A DNA stretch of 64,000 bases from Octopus vulgaris (GCA_951406725.2 OX597836.1:9176001-9240000), one strand, 5' to 3'; positions 1-13,189 are shown, counted from the stretch's first letter. Translations and numbers: made by a program. Notes: a model not told the origin generated them from the sequence alone.

Positions 1-916
1 ATATATATGACGGGCTTCTTTCAGTTTCCGTCTACCAAATCCACTCACAAGGCTTTGGTCGGCCCGAGGCTATAGGAGAAGACACTTGCCCAAGCTGCCA
101 TGCAGTGGGAATGAACTCGGAACCATGTGGTTCGTAAGCAAGCTACTTTCCACACAGCCACTCCTACGCCTATATATATCTACATCTATCTATCTATCTA
201 TACATATATATATATATATATACACACACACATATATATACATATATAGATATATAATTCAGGTAATATTACATTGGGTGGTGCAAGGTAATTGGTACAT
301 ACAAATAATGCTGAGGTTGTTTTGCTGCCTAAGACTCGCTCTCATAGTGCAGCTAAAAGCAGGAATGTAATAACTACCTAATGATAATCAGCTATAGGTG
401 TTTCTTCCATTGAGCAGGTGCAGGTATATGCACAATAGGATGAATGCAGAACCAAATAAAACAACTGGTATTAGGTTAGATTAAGACATTTATATATTTA
501 ACCTTTTAGCATTAAACCAGCCGTACCCAGCCCAACTATGTCTGTTGTTTTTGGTTCAAAGTGGCCAGGCCTAGCCTACTCTACAAAGCCATTCTAAAAA
601 CAGACAATAGCATCATTGAAATCTCAAAGCTATGAGACAATACAGGATTAATTCAAAACAATGTGAATAGATAAGCTTTACACTCGGAAGAGTAATTTGA
701 AGACTTGAAAGTTAAACATGAAGGTTGGCTTGTTACATTATTAAATATCATAAGCAGGGAGGAAAGAAGTACAGCTGTTTCGAGAATTGATGTTCAGATA
801 ACACAGGGAGATGCACCATCTGAACAGCTATTCTCGAAACAGCTGTCAAAGACTCTGCATGCCTTCCTATTTTCTTAGTAGATACATTAATACACAAAAA
901 AACACACATATCTATT

Positions 917-957
<41 letters not shown>

Positions 958-1326
958 ACAAACTTATAGGGATTCAGCAAAATAATGTAAATACCACTTT
1001 TTATTCAATTATTTATTCCTATTGACAATATGACAAATTCAAATGTTCTATTTATATGTGTTTGTATCCATTATATTGTATATACCTTGTATTTCTTGAT
1101 GCAGCTCACTATTATTCTACTTATTATACAACATTACTCTTTTTTGTACACTTTTTTATGTACATTCCTTTATGTACACTGATTTGTTCTGCTTTTTTAT
1201 GTTTAACCCTACAGTCTCTTATGTGGTGGTTTAATAAAGTATGTGATTGAGTATTATCTGGTAATTGATATTTGATTTAGATGTATTTCTCCATTTTCTT
1301 ATCTTGTATATATATATATAATATAT

Positions 1327-1396
<70 letters not shown>

Positions 1397-1398
<2 letters not shown>

Positions 1399-1630
1399 CC
1401 ACGTGTGTATCATTGGTGATTTTCTTTCTTCATTTTCCCTTGAATTGAATTATTGAATTGAATTCCTTGGACCTTTCCCTTTTCTATGTTTCTGACGAAG
1501 AGCTCCACTCTAAATGTTAAATCCTCCTTCTTTCTTTCCTTTCCTGAGCGTAGCATCCAATAACTCTATATTTGTTCCACATCCTCGCGCTGTTGTGTTT
1601 TCTCTTTGTGTTTTCATATTTGGATTAACT
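1397..1630 (+). mobile_element. Penelope-like pLTR fragment in (TA)n with decayed hammerhead motif
   Basis: Similar to 45575-45772. Contains CTGACGA-A-GAGCTCCACTC-TAAATGTT at 1492-1518 (GAAA mutated to TAAA). Bounded by TA repeats. Confidence 0.55.
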
Positions 1631-1964
1631 ATATATAGGCACAGGAGTGGCTGTGTGGTAAGTAGCTTGCTTACCAACCATATGGTTCTGGGTTCAGTCT
1701 TACTGCATGGCACCTTGGGCAAGTGTCTTCTACTATAGCCTCGGTACTTAATTTATCGACCCCGAAAGGATGACGGGCAAAGTTGACCTCGGCGGAATTT
1801 GAACTCAGAATGTAATAGCTGAGGAAATACCGCTAAGCATTTTGCCTGGCATGCTAACGTTTCTGCCAGGTTGCCACCTTAAAAGACAACTTATTTTATC
1901 AACCCTGAAAGGATGAAAGGCAAAGTCAACCTCAGTGGAATTTGAACTCAGAATATATATATAT

Positions 1965-2565
1965 GTCGAACAGCTACTGTCGTGTATAGGACGGATCCGG
2001 CTATCAGCTGAATCCATAGTGAAGATTGCCGTGTCGACTTCCTTTAACTGGGAGGGCAAGGCAATTTTCCTTTGTCTTGTGGCTGTAGTGAAAGAGGTGG
2101 TATAGTGGACCCGTTTGAAAGGGCTAAGGTCAAACACTTTCCTCTTTGGCCAAGGCCTCAACAACTTTTTCAAGTTTCACTTGAAAAGGAAGGTGAGAGT
2201 AGAGAGGGAAGTGCTGTCTCATAGCAAGTTTACTGAAAGGTGGATAAATGTCGCTAGAATGGCCAGTATGAATGGATCAATTCTGAGGATACACCTGTGA
2301 TATAAAAAGGTAATATAAAAGGAGAAGGGGCTCTCTACCCCTTTTTGATCAGGCTCTCCTGGCTTTTATGGGGTTTGCCCACAAGTTACCTTTCAAAGCG
2401 CCTCCCCCTATTGAGAGTTTTATTTGTTATATTTTTCACTGTTATTTTAATGTTTATACGGACCTTTCTTTTAGGACAAAACCCTTTGTACTTTTCGTCC
2501 TGCCTTTGTCCTTACATGTTTTTCTTGATTTATGTCAGCCCTTGTGACCAATAAAACCAGAATTT
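1965..2565 (+). mobile_element. 5'-truncated L1/Tx1-like LINE 3' end (ORF2 C-terminus + 3' UTR)
   Basis: Frame reads VEQLLSCIGRIRL...VAVVKEVV*WTRLKG...FKFHLKRKVRVEREVLSHSKFTERW, resembling Tx1 ORF2 C-termini. AATAAA at ~2550 is followed by the (ATT)n tract. Confidence 0.6.
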
Positions 2566-2575
2566 ATTATTATTA

Positions 2576-2609
<34 letters not shown>

Positions 2610-2620
2610 CATTATTATTA

Positions 2621-2651
<31 letters not shown>

Positions 2652-2753
2652 CATTGTTGTTATTATCATTATTATCATTGTTGTTATTATCATTATTATC
2701 ATTATTATTAATATCATTATTATTATCAGTATCATTATTATTATTATTATTAC

Positions 2754-2789
<36 letters not shown>

Positions 2790-2793
2790 CATT

Positions 2794-2855
<62 letters not shown>

Positions 2856-2857
2856 TA

Positions 2858-2912
<55 letters not shown>

Positions 2913-3013
2913 CATTATTATTATTATTATTGTCATTATCATTATTATTATCATTATTACTATTATTATTATTATTATTATTACTATTATTATTATTACT
3001 ATTATTATTATTA

Positions 3014-3102
<89 letters not shown>

Positions 3103-3106
3103 ATTA

Positions 3107-3161
<55 letters not shown>

Positions 3162-3262
3162 TATCATTATTATTATTATTATTGTCATTATCATTATTAT
3201 TATCATTATTACTATTATTATTATTATTATTACTATTATTATTATTACTATTATTATTATTA

Positions 3263-3348
<86 letters not shown>

Positions 3349-3385
3349 ATTATTATTATTATTATCATTATCATTATTATTATGT
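2566..3385. repeat. (ATT)n/(ATC)n compound microsatellite with internal ~250 bp duplication
   Basis: Direct reading. Landmark GTC at 2932/3184 and ATAATT at ~3100/~3346 recur at ~250 bp spacing. Confidence 0.95.
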
Positions 3386-4127
3386 TGTTGTTGTTGTAGG
3401 TCGTGTGTCAGTGAATTCCTAGTCTTATAATTGCTTGGTTGGAAATTGAACAAGAAAGTGTTGCATTGTAGTGAAACTATGTTACACATGAATGAGCACG
3501 ACATATCCATTTCTCCATACCTCTCTTCCTCACTTACTCCCCCCTCTCTCTGTCTCTATCTATCTATTTATCTATCTCTATCTCCCACTCACTCTTTCTT
3601 CCTCCCTCTCTCTCACCTTCTCTCTGTCTCTCTCCCTCTCTTTCTCTGTCTCTCTCTCTCTCTCTCTCTCTCCGTCTGCAACAATTTAGGTTAGCTCATT
3701 ATAAATTTTTCCATCAAGGTCATTTACAAATTGGAGTCAAACAAACCTTAAAAATTACTTACATATTTCATAAATGTCTCTGAATGGTTATATAAGACTT
3801 TGCACTTAGCGGTTCGGCAATAGCGACCGATAAGATAAGTACCAGCCTTTAAAACTTAATAGTTGGGGTGAATTCTTCAAAAGTGGTGCCCCAGCATGGC
3901 CGCAATCTAATGACTGAAACAAGAAGAAAGAAAAACAGAAAAAAGATATTATTTAAAGGAGTGGCTGTGTGGTAAGTAGCTTGCTTACCAACCACATGGT
4001 TCCAGGTTCGGTCCCACTGTGTGCCACCATGGGCAAGTGTCTTCTACTATAGCCTTGGGCTGACCATAGCCTTGTGAGTGGATTTGGTAGACGGAAACTG
4101 AAAGAAGCCTGTTGCATATATATATAT

Positions 4128-4700
4128 GTTAGTTAGTTAGTTAATTTGGTTCAAAAGCAAATAGCAAGGCCATGTAGGGGGACATGGAGTTAAGTACAGG
4201 GTGGTGTTCATGTAAAGAGTTCAGGCCACTTGAGGTCCAGGGAGGCTTTGAACAAAGCGGTCGTCGGCATCTTCACCATCTTGTCTGGCAGCTTGTTCCA
4301 CGGATCCGCAACCCGGACGGAGAAAGCTCCTCTCCTTCAATTGAGATGAAATCGTCGCAGGTAGAGCTTTTCGGAATGACCCCGCAGCCAATGCTCCGGA
4401 GCAGGAGTGAAGAACAGCTCTTTCGAGAGGTTACACTTCCCGCTTATGATGTTGTGGGCGAGAATGAGATCACCACGGCGGCGGCGTTTTTCCAGAGAAT
4501 AAAGGTCGAGCGTCCTCAGCCTTTCTTCGTAGGACAAATTTTTGAGACCATGAACCATGCGGGTAGCCAGCCTCTGGACTCTTTCGAGATGCTGTAGGAA
4601 TATGGTAGGAATATGGCTGCTGTGAGCATTCCGAATGACCGTCGAATCAAGAACAGAATTCCGCGTGCTTTGTTGGCAGCATGGATGCACTGGGCCGAAG
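4128..4700 (-). mobile_element. CR1-clade LINE 3' fragment
   Basis: LERVQRLATRMVHGLKNLSYEERLRTLDLYSLEKRRRRGDLI...LRGHSEKL, a classic CR1 ORF2 C-terminus. Ends in a (TAAC)n tail. Confidence 0.85.
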
Positions 4701-5140
4701 GCGAAAAGGAGGAATATATATATATCTGGCCTTTGTGCTGGTGGCACATAAAGAGCACCCACTACACTCTCGGAGTGGTTGGCGTTAGGAAGGGCATCCA
4801 GCTATAGAAACACTACCAGATCAGACTGGAGCCTGGTGCAGCCTCCTGGCTTCCCAGACCCCGGTCGAACCATCCAACCCATGCTACAATGGAAAACGGA
4901 CGTTAAACGATGATGATGATGATGATGTATGTGTTTGTGTGTCTGTGTTTGTCCCTCTGCCATCACTTGACAACCGATGTTGGCATGTTTACATCCCCGT
5001 AACTTATCGGTTTGGCAATCGAGACCAATAGAATAAGTACTAGGCTTACAAAAAATAAGTCCTAGGGTCGATCTGCTCAACTAAAGGCAGCACTCCAGCA
5101 TGGCCACAGTCAAATGACTGAAACAAATAAAAGAAAAGAA

Positions 5141-5273
5141 GTTCCATGTAGCTTAAAATTTCATGGAATTGTAGAATGAACATGATCTGTCAGACATCTG
5201 GAGGAGACCAACCTCCAGATGTCTGACAAGTCAGGTTCATTCTCCAAGCCTACTAAATTTTGTGTTGCATGGA
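5141..5273. repeat. ~130 bp imperfect hairpin (MITE-like)
   Basis: TGTCAGACATCTGGAGG-agaccaa-CCTCCAGATGTCTGACA core, extended by AGAATGAAC/GTTCATTCT and TTCCATG/CATGGAA. Confidence 0.7.
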
Positions 5274-6387
5274 AGAGAATCAAACTTGTTTTTAAATAGC
5301 AGATGTAACTCCTGTCAAATGTATTGTGTGCCACTTGCTTTCGTTTGTCCGCTCACTCATTTTTTTAGTGGTCAGACCATATGGGGTCTACATCTAGCAT
5401 AATGGATGTCCACTTAGTGGTCATCTCTCTTATATGTATGTAATATAATTTTTCTGAATCTTCAGATTTCTTCAAGATGCTTGGCCACTGGTTTTTAAAT
5501 TGAAAGTAATCAAATTAATATTCAATTTTTCACCCTTATTATTTAAATTTACATACATATACACGCAGGAGTGGCTGAGTGGTAAGTAGCTTGCTTACCA
5601 ACCGCATGGTTCCGGGTTCAGTCCCCCCGCCCACCCACACACACATGTCTTTACTCATAGGATTGTCGTGGCACTCTGTCGGTTACGACGACGAGGGTTC
5701 CAGTTGATCCGATCAATGGAACAGCCTGCTGGTGAAATTAACGTGCAAGTGGCTGAGTACTCCACAGACACCTGTACCCTTAACGTAGTTCTCAGGGAGA
5801 TTCAGCGTGACACAGAGTGTGACAAGGCTGGCCCCTTTGAAATACAGGTACAACAGTAACAGGAAGAAAGAGTGAGAGAAAGTTGTGGTGAAAGAGTACA
5901 GAAGGGTTCGCCACCAACCCCTGCCAGAGCCTCGTGGAGCTTTAGGTGTTTTTGCTCAATAAACACTCACATCACCCAGTCTGGGAATCAAAACCGCGAG
6001 TCCGTTGCCCTAACCACTGGGCCATTGCACCTCCACACTCATAGGATACACACACATACATATACGAATATATCTGTAAACTTATTGTGCATACATACTT
6101 CAATTAGTTTGTGTCAAAGTATGCCAAACTCCTGTTAATTGGCCTCTAATTGTGGCTAATTAATATAACATTAATTAGTATAATACTCACCATGAACACC
6201 CCACTCCCACCCCACCAGCTCCATCACAGTTGATTTGACACTTCTACAAGTTCACGCATGCAACCATTCCCAAAATTGAACCCTTTTCCGAATTAAATAT
6301 TTGGGATAAATGCAGAAAATAGATAACAAAAGTGGTTAAGAAAAGATGGATAACAGCACACTAAGAATTGAGTTTGCTTATAATAAT

Positions 6388-6427
<40 letters not shown>

Positions 6428-6454
6428 GTAATAAAAATAATAATAATAATAATA

Positions 6455-6815
6455 ATGCTTTCTAATTGATGTATCAATACCGGCAGATGACAACGTGTCT
6501 CTAAAAGAAATGGAGAAACTCTCAAAATACAAAGACCTGGAAATAGAGATAACTAGAATGTGGAACCTGAAAACAGAAGCAATTCCTATCATAGTAGGTG
6601 CATTAGGCATGATAAAAAAATATTCAGACAAATACATAACAAAAACACCAGGACTTACAAACACATATAACATACAGAAAATTGCACTACTAGGCACTGC
6701 ACACATCCTACGCAGAACACTTTCCATACAATAACCATCAGAGCATCACAACAAATCACAGCACATACCCAAGGCACACAGAGCTGCGCTCAGTAGTGAA
6801 GTGAAAGCACGCTAT
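6455..6815 (+). mobile_element. R4/Dong-like non-LTR retrotransposon 3' end (restriction-like endonuclease region) in (TAA)n
   Basis: CFLIDVSIPADDNVSLKEMEKLSKYKDLEIEITRMWNLKTEAIPIIVGALG...IQKIALLGTAHILRRTL. (TAA)n on both sides, the known Dong target. Confidence 0.8.
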
Positions 6816-6841
6816 ATAATAATAATAATAATAATAATAAT

Positions 6842-7415
6842 GAAATTATTGTATACAGTGCTCAGGTGCACCACAACTTGTCAGAAAGTGCATATAAAGC
6901 ATATGCAGTAATGTACAAATGTCTGGAAAGGGAACAGTGTATGAGTCAGATACATGCTTGCTTGTGTGTATGGAGGGGAGAAAATCAGGTGTAGTGTTGG
7001 CGAATCTCAGGAAGTATGGAAGTTTTGAAGGATGCAGTGCTGAGACAACTAGCAACTGATGCCGGCAGTTTGTTCCATGCTTCAGCAACTCTTAGCGTGA
7101 AAAAATGTTTCCGAAAGTCATGGGAGCTGTGCTGTTTTCTGACTTTGTAAATATGTCCACGAGTGTTAGACAGGTGGAGTTTAAAAAGGTGCTCAGAGTT
7201 ATTGTTTGTAAGATGGTGGATAATTTTATGGGTGTCTGCCAAGTCAGCTGCCAGACGTCAGAGTTTCAATGTGTCCATGCCCAGGGAAGTAAGGCATTCA
7301 GGATATGGCAAATGCCTGATGGAGGGTATTCTTTTGGTTGCACGTCACTGAACGGCTTCCAGACGATTAATATCCTGAGCAAGATAAGGGTTCCAGACCA
7401 GTGATGCAAAATTCT
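6842..7415 (-). mobile_element. CR1/L2-type LINE 3' fragment
   Basis: LADTHKIIHHL...NTRGHIYKVRKQHSSHDFRKHFFTLRVAEAWNKLPASV, an ORF2 C-terminal motif. Confidence 0.8.
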
Positions 7416-7569
7416 ATACATCTATCTTCTATCTATATCTTATATCTTATATGTTATTACCTTAAAAGCTGCATTCCATGTGGACTTTGAAGCTAGTTCC
7501 TACAGAGGGCTTTTGGGCCTTCAGCCCAAAACTAAACAGAGCTACATAGCATTACTATGTTCCCTGTGA

Positions 7570-7890
7570 AGGCACGTGGCTTAGTGGTTAGGGGCTTTCG
7601 GCTCATGATCGTAAGGTCATGAGTTCAATTCCCGCCGCCGTGTTGTATCCTTGAGCAAGACACTTTATTTCACGTTGCTCCAGTCCACTCAGCTGGCAAA
7701 TATGAATAGCACCTGTATTCCAAAAGGCCAGCCTTGTCACACTCTGTGTCACACTGAATCTCCCCGAGAACTACGTTAAGGGTACACGTGTTTGTGGAGT
7801 GCTCAGCCACTTGCATGTTAATTTCACTAGCAAGCTGTTCCGTTGATCGTATCAGCTGGGACCCTTGTCGTCGCAACCGACGGAGTGCTC
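7570..7890 (+). mobile_element. tRNA-derived SINE (V/CORE-like family); relatives at ~12605, ~20270, ~33669, ~61735
   Basis: A-box TGGCTTAGTGG, B-box GTTCAATTCC, then GT(A/G)TCCTTGAGCAAGACACTT. Confidence 0.7.
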
Positions 7891-7965
7891 CTACTATGTT
7901 CCCTGGTGGGTTTTTTTGTCAGAGGTTAAGGGCAGATGAGAATTAATTCTATAATGCAATCATTA

Positions 7966-8691
7966 TGTCTGTATGTATGTATGTATGTATGTATGTATGT
8001 ATGTACATATGTATGCATGCATGTATGTATGTATGTATGTATGTATGTATGTATGTATGTATGTATGTACATATGTATGCATGCATGTATGTATGTATGT
8101 ATGTATGCATGCATGCATGCATGCATGCATGTATGTATGCATGTATGTATGTATGTATGTATGTATGTATGTACGTACGTACGTATGTATGTATGTATGT
8201 ATGTATGTATGTATGTATGTACGTATGTATGTATGTATGTATGTACGTATGTATGTATGTATGTATGTATATATGTATGCATGCATGTATGTATGTATGT
8301 ATGTATGTATGTATGTACATATGTATGCATGCATGTATGTATGTATGTATGTATGTATGCATGCATGCATGCATGCATGTATGTATGTATGTATGTATGT
8401 ATGTATGTATGTATGTATGTATGTACGTACGTACGTATGTATGTATGTATGTATGTATGTATGTATGTATGTACGTATGTATGTATGTATGTATGTATGT
8501 ATGTACGTATGTATGTATGTATGTATGCATATATGTATGTATATATGTGTGTGTGTATGTATGTATGTATGTATGTATGTATGTATGTACGTATGTATGT
8601 ATGTATGTACGTATGTATGTATGTATGTATATATGTATGCATGCATGTATGTATGTATTATGCATGTATGTATGTATTAAGCATGTATGTA

Positions 8692-8738
<47 letters not shown>

Positions 8739-8770
8739 TACATACATACAAACATAAATACATACATACA
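7966..8770. repeat. (ATGT)n/(ATGC)n tetranucleotide array switching to (ACAT)n
   Basis: Direct reading; strand polarity flips at ~8690. Confidence 0.95.
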
Positions 8771-8889
8771 ATAATACCCTGTTATTGATGTTGAAATTCC
8801 AATGAAGGGTTCTTGGATCTAGGTTAGAAACCGGTTCTTTCTCTGTTAATAAGAAATCTAGAAATAAAACTGAATAATGACATACATAC

Positions 8890-8934
<45 letters not shown>

Positions 8935-9049
8935 TTTGTATAGATGACAGACAGACTGACCGACAAGGAGAAAAGTCAATAGATAGACAGACATACTGAA
9001 CAAAAGAAAGAAGTATACGCATTGATATAGATAGGTGCATATATATATA

Positions 9050-9179
<130 letters not shown>

Positions 9180-9574
9180 CACACATAGGCAAATCCTTAT
9201 ATACACCCACTCACAATTTTCATTTTCATTTACTATGTTGAATGATCCAGAACGCACTGCTGCCCCTACCACCACCACCACCTCAACCACGAAGCTACCA
9301 CTCCCAACATTACCACCACCATCATTAACTACAGCCATTACCATCAACACCACTACAATATCCACCACCACGATCACCACTACCACTACTATTATGATTA
9401 CTACCACCACCACCACCACCACTACCACTACTATTATAATTACTACCACCACCACCAACACCACTACCACTACTATGACCCTCATTAACACACCCACAGT
9501 GTATAAACAAGTGTCTGTGTGTCTGTAATGTATATGCAATTTAGTATTTATACATACATATATGTGTGTGTGTG

Positions 9575-9608
<34 letters not shown>

Positions 9609-9800
9609 TGTGTGTATGTGTATGTTTGTGTGTCTGTGTTTACGGCCCCCGTAACTTTGCGGTTCGGCCAAAAGAGACCAATAGAATAAGTACTAGGCTT
9701 ACAAAGAATAAGTCCTGGGGGTCGATTTGCTTGATCGACTAAAGGTGGTGCTCCAGCATGGCCACAGTCAAATGACTGAAACAAGTAAAAGGGTAAAAGA

Positions 9801-9847
<47 letters not shown>

Positions 9848-10053
9848 TACACACGTTGGTAGGTAGATGTAGAATTAGATAGATAGTCAGATAGACAGAC
9901 AGACAGACAGACAGATCGATAGATAGATAGATAGATAGATAGATACGTATGTATGTATATGTGTGTATATATATATCTATATATATATATATATATATAT
10001 TCTATATATATATATATATTCTATATATATATATATAGAATATATATATATAT

Positions 10054-10108
<55 letters not shown>

Positions 10109-10110
<2 letters not shown>

Positions 10111-10639
10111 CACTACAAAATTAGAGAATGGAGAAACATACTTAAATCAGTAAAACATCAACTATCCGATGATACTCAATCCATACTTTAATACACCATT
10201 ACATATGAGTAAAGGCAATATATAAAATGAAATGAGATATACAGTAATAGTAAAAAGATAAAGAGATATAAGTAAAAAATTTCAAATATAATAGCATATT
10301 ATATTTGAAATTTTTATTATATCTCTTTATCTTTTACTATTACTGTATATCTCATTTCATTTTATATATTGCCTTTACTCATATGTAATGGTGTATTAAA
10401 GTATGGATTGAGTATCATCGGATAGTTGATGTTTTACTGATTTAAGTATGTTTCTCCATTCTCTAATTTTGTAGTATTAATTCTGTAATATTATTACCTT
10501 TACCCATATAATACAATAGATGAACTGATTGTTTGACAATTTTTAACATCTATGTATTAATTTTGTTGGGTACCTATCTAGCAGTATATTGGATATATAT
10601 TATCCCATGGTGGGTTGAATTTTCAACCCCTATCTCATT

Positions 10640-10645
<6 letters not shown>
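10109..10645 (+). mobile_element. Palindromic Penelope-like insertion in (TA)n: ~185 bp arms + ~165 bp tail
   Basis: 10109-10293 is the near-perfect reverse complement of 10297-10478 (loop GCA). Unpaired tail to ~10645; a similar tail occurs at ~36160-36260. Confidence 0.65.
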
Positions 10646-10718
<73 letters not shown>

Positions 10719-10750
10719 TATATATATATATATAAACACTCACGTACGAA

Positions 10751-10784
<34 letters not shown>

Positions 10785-10885
10785 TACTCCTCTGTCTATT
10801 GTTGGGTATAATAGTGTCTAGTGATTTACTTATGCACAGCACACGCATGCACACAGTAACACACACACTTACACACACACACACA

Positions 10886-10925
<40 letters not shown>

Positions 10926-11467
10926 AACCATACACATAAATACACACATCCTCCCTTCCCTGTCCTATAATAACAAGTAGTGTCTTCCCTCCCCCACTCA
11001 CTCTCTCGTTCTCTCTTTCCCTTTCCCCTCTATTTCTCTTCCCTTCACTTCGCTCTCTCTCTCTCTCCCTCTCCCTCCCCTTTATCACTCTTGTATCCTT
11101 TCTTTTTCTTTTCTCTTTCTTTCTATCTCTTTATCTCTTCCCTCATATTCTCTGTATTTAATTCATAGACATTTTCGTCTTGTATCTTAAATGCTGTTTT
11201 TCCTCGCACACGCGATCAGCAGCCGGAGATGGTACATCAGAATTAAAAGTGCCGACAAACAAGGCGACAACAATAAACACCAACATCAATAGCAACAACA
11301 ACAACGACAGCAACAACACTGTGATGAAATATAAACATATTTGAAAATAACAACAGAAAAAAGAAAGCGTGGATCTCAAACTACTTTTTTTAAGAAAAAA
11401 AAGAAGAAAATTTTGCCCTCAATTTTTCTAAGGCAACTCGTTAGCTTTTCAGTTATAACTTCTAGAC

Positions 11468-11668
11468 CAGTGCTTTTCAAACTTTTTGTTGGAGCGGAAC
11501 CCCAAGGAAACATTCCACTGGTTCGAGGAACCCCTGTGCAATAATTGAATAGTCTTATGCACACATATCTGCACAGGAGAATTAAAAATTACTGCCGATT
11601 TTAGCAGTTTTGTAACTTCTTGCAGAACCCCTGGACTGTGCTGGCGGAACCCTGGTTGAAAACCACTG
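11468..11668. mobile_element. hAT (Charlie/Buster-like) MITE, 201 bp
   Basis: TIRs CAGTGCTTTTCAA / TTGAAAACCACTG. Perfect 8-bp TSD TTCTAGAC at 11460-11467 and 11669-11676. Confidence 0.9.
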
Positions 11669-12272
11669 TTCTAGACTTTAATAAACAAATTTGCTTTAAA
11701 CCTTTAAAAGAAAATTTTGTTCAGAACCTATATGAAAGCAACTTGTTTAATTTTTTAAAAGCAATTTGTTCAAAAGTTTTAGAAGCAATTATTTGAATTT
11801 GAGCCTTTTTCTTTTTTATCAGCGAACTCCTTTTAAAGATCTACCCTTAGGAACAAACCTTTTCATGCAATTAAGAGAGATAGAACACGCCAACCTCTAA
11901 AAGCTCCCGAAGTAATTTGAAACTGTCACAACATCAGAATCGGCTTCTTAATTAAGCTGTCAGGATAAATAGGACAATTACAGAACAAACATTGATATCA
12001 CACAAGCAAACTTCTTTGGTAAATCACATTGATATATTTATCTTCAGAAGGAAAATTTCTTTCCTTAACATTTATTCCAAAACTTTTCACAATAATTTCA
12101 TAGTGATAATAGATTTTTTTAAGGTAGTAAAAAAATAATTTTTTAATTTCTAAAAGAAAAAACAAACTGTTAAAATTTGGAACGAAATATTAATCAGAAA
12201 AAAATTTCAGTGATTCTGACCAAATTATATTTAAGCAGTTGCTAAAACGTTTGTTTACTACAATCAAGGAAG

Positions 12273-12491
12273 ATGGTTAGTGCGGAAAGCAAAAAAACAA
12301 AGCCCTCAACCGGTTCTTCCTTCTATTTATCAGTATGGTGCAGCTTCATCCTGTTACTTTTAAGGAGTGAAACTTGCTATGGTAATGTGAAGTCGTTTGA
12401 AGACTCTGGTTTCCAGAAACTGAATGGCCAACAACAAATTATCCAAACTCGAGGCATAAATTTTTTTGGCAAGACTTACAGTTTTGTAAAG
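12273..12491 (+). CDS. NIDO-domain single-pass membrane protein, coding exon 1 (signal peptide, start of NIDO region)
   Basis: MVSAESKK...FYLSVWCSFILLLLRSETCYG...GINFFGKTYSFVK|GTAAGT. FFGxxY motif typical of NIDO proteins; phase 0 joins VSRNGFVRF. Confidence 0.75.
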
Positions 12492-12839
12492 GTAAGTGCT
12501 TGATAAAACACACATATCTGTCATTCTCCTCTCTCGTTCTAATGAACTTAACTCACCATTTCCACCATCGTGTACCTCACTTCATCCCTAACCCTGTGCC
12601 TGTGCAAGCACATGGCCTAGTGGTTAGAGCAGTGGACTTGCGTTCGAGGGGATTGCGGATTCGAATCTCAGACTGGGCGAGACATTGTACTGTTGAGCAA
12701 AACGCTTCATTTCACATTGCTCCAGGCCACTCATCTGGCCAAAATGAGTAATCCTGTGATAGACCGGTGTCCTGTCCAGGAGTGGAATTTATACACCATG
12801 GAAACCAGCCCTTATGAATCGGCATGATTCAAGAAGATA

Positions 12840-12990
12840 ACCTTTACATTATTTACATTATTTACATTCGATGATTGTTTGTTGTTAACACGTTTCAGCT
12901 GATATACCCTCCAGCCTTCTTCAGGTGTCTTGGGGAAATTTTGAACCTGGGTTCTCATTCCTAAAGTATACTTCGATGTGATTATTATTG
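12840..12990 (-). mobile_element. Penelope-like pLTR fragment (same family as 30245-30372) with hammerhead lacking the cleavage triplet
   Basis: Minus strand GACAC-CTGAAGA-A-GGCTG..CAGCT-GAAAC-GTGTT; the GTT present in the 30282 copy is missing. Confidence 0.6.
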
Positions 12991-13189
12991 TTGTTCAGGT
13001 CACTGCTTGGAACAAAAGGGTTAAATCGTCCAGCTTAAACTTCCTGCATTCCCTGTTTCTCTGCCAGTCTATGTGATGCTGTCCTTGTTTTTTTCTCTAT
13101 GTTCAGACACTTCCAACCTGTATTGAACAATGAGTTTTTTTCACTGAAAAATTTACACAATACATATATATATTGTGTCATTAAAGTTT

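Noticed and set aside
2530-3510. 326-aa poly-Asn ORF and overlapping poly-Ile/poly-Leu ORFs
   Set aside because: Translations of the (ATT)n microsatellite; no splice or domain evidence.
7926-8774. Long HTYI/MYVC ORFs in all six frames
   Set aside because: Stop-free (ATGT)n repeat.
9235-9528. Thr-rich mucin-like ORF near a NIDO gene
   Set aside because: (ACC/ACT)n repeat upstream of the signal-peptide exon; no convincing splice sites.
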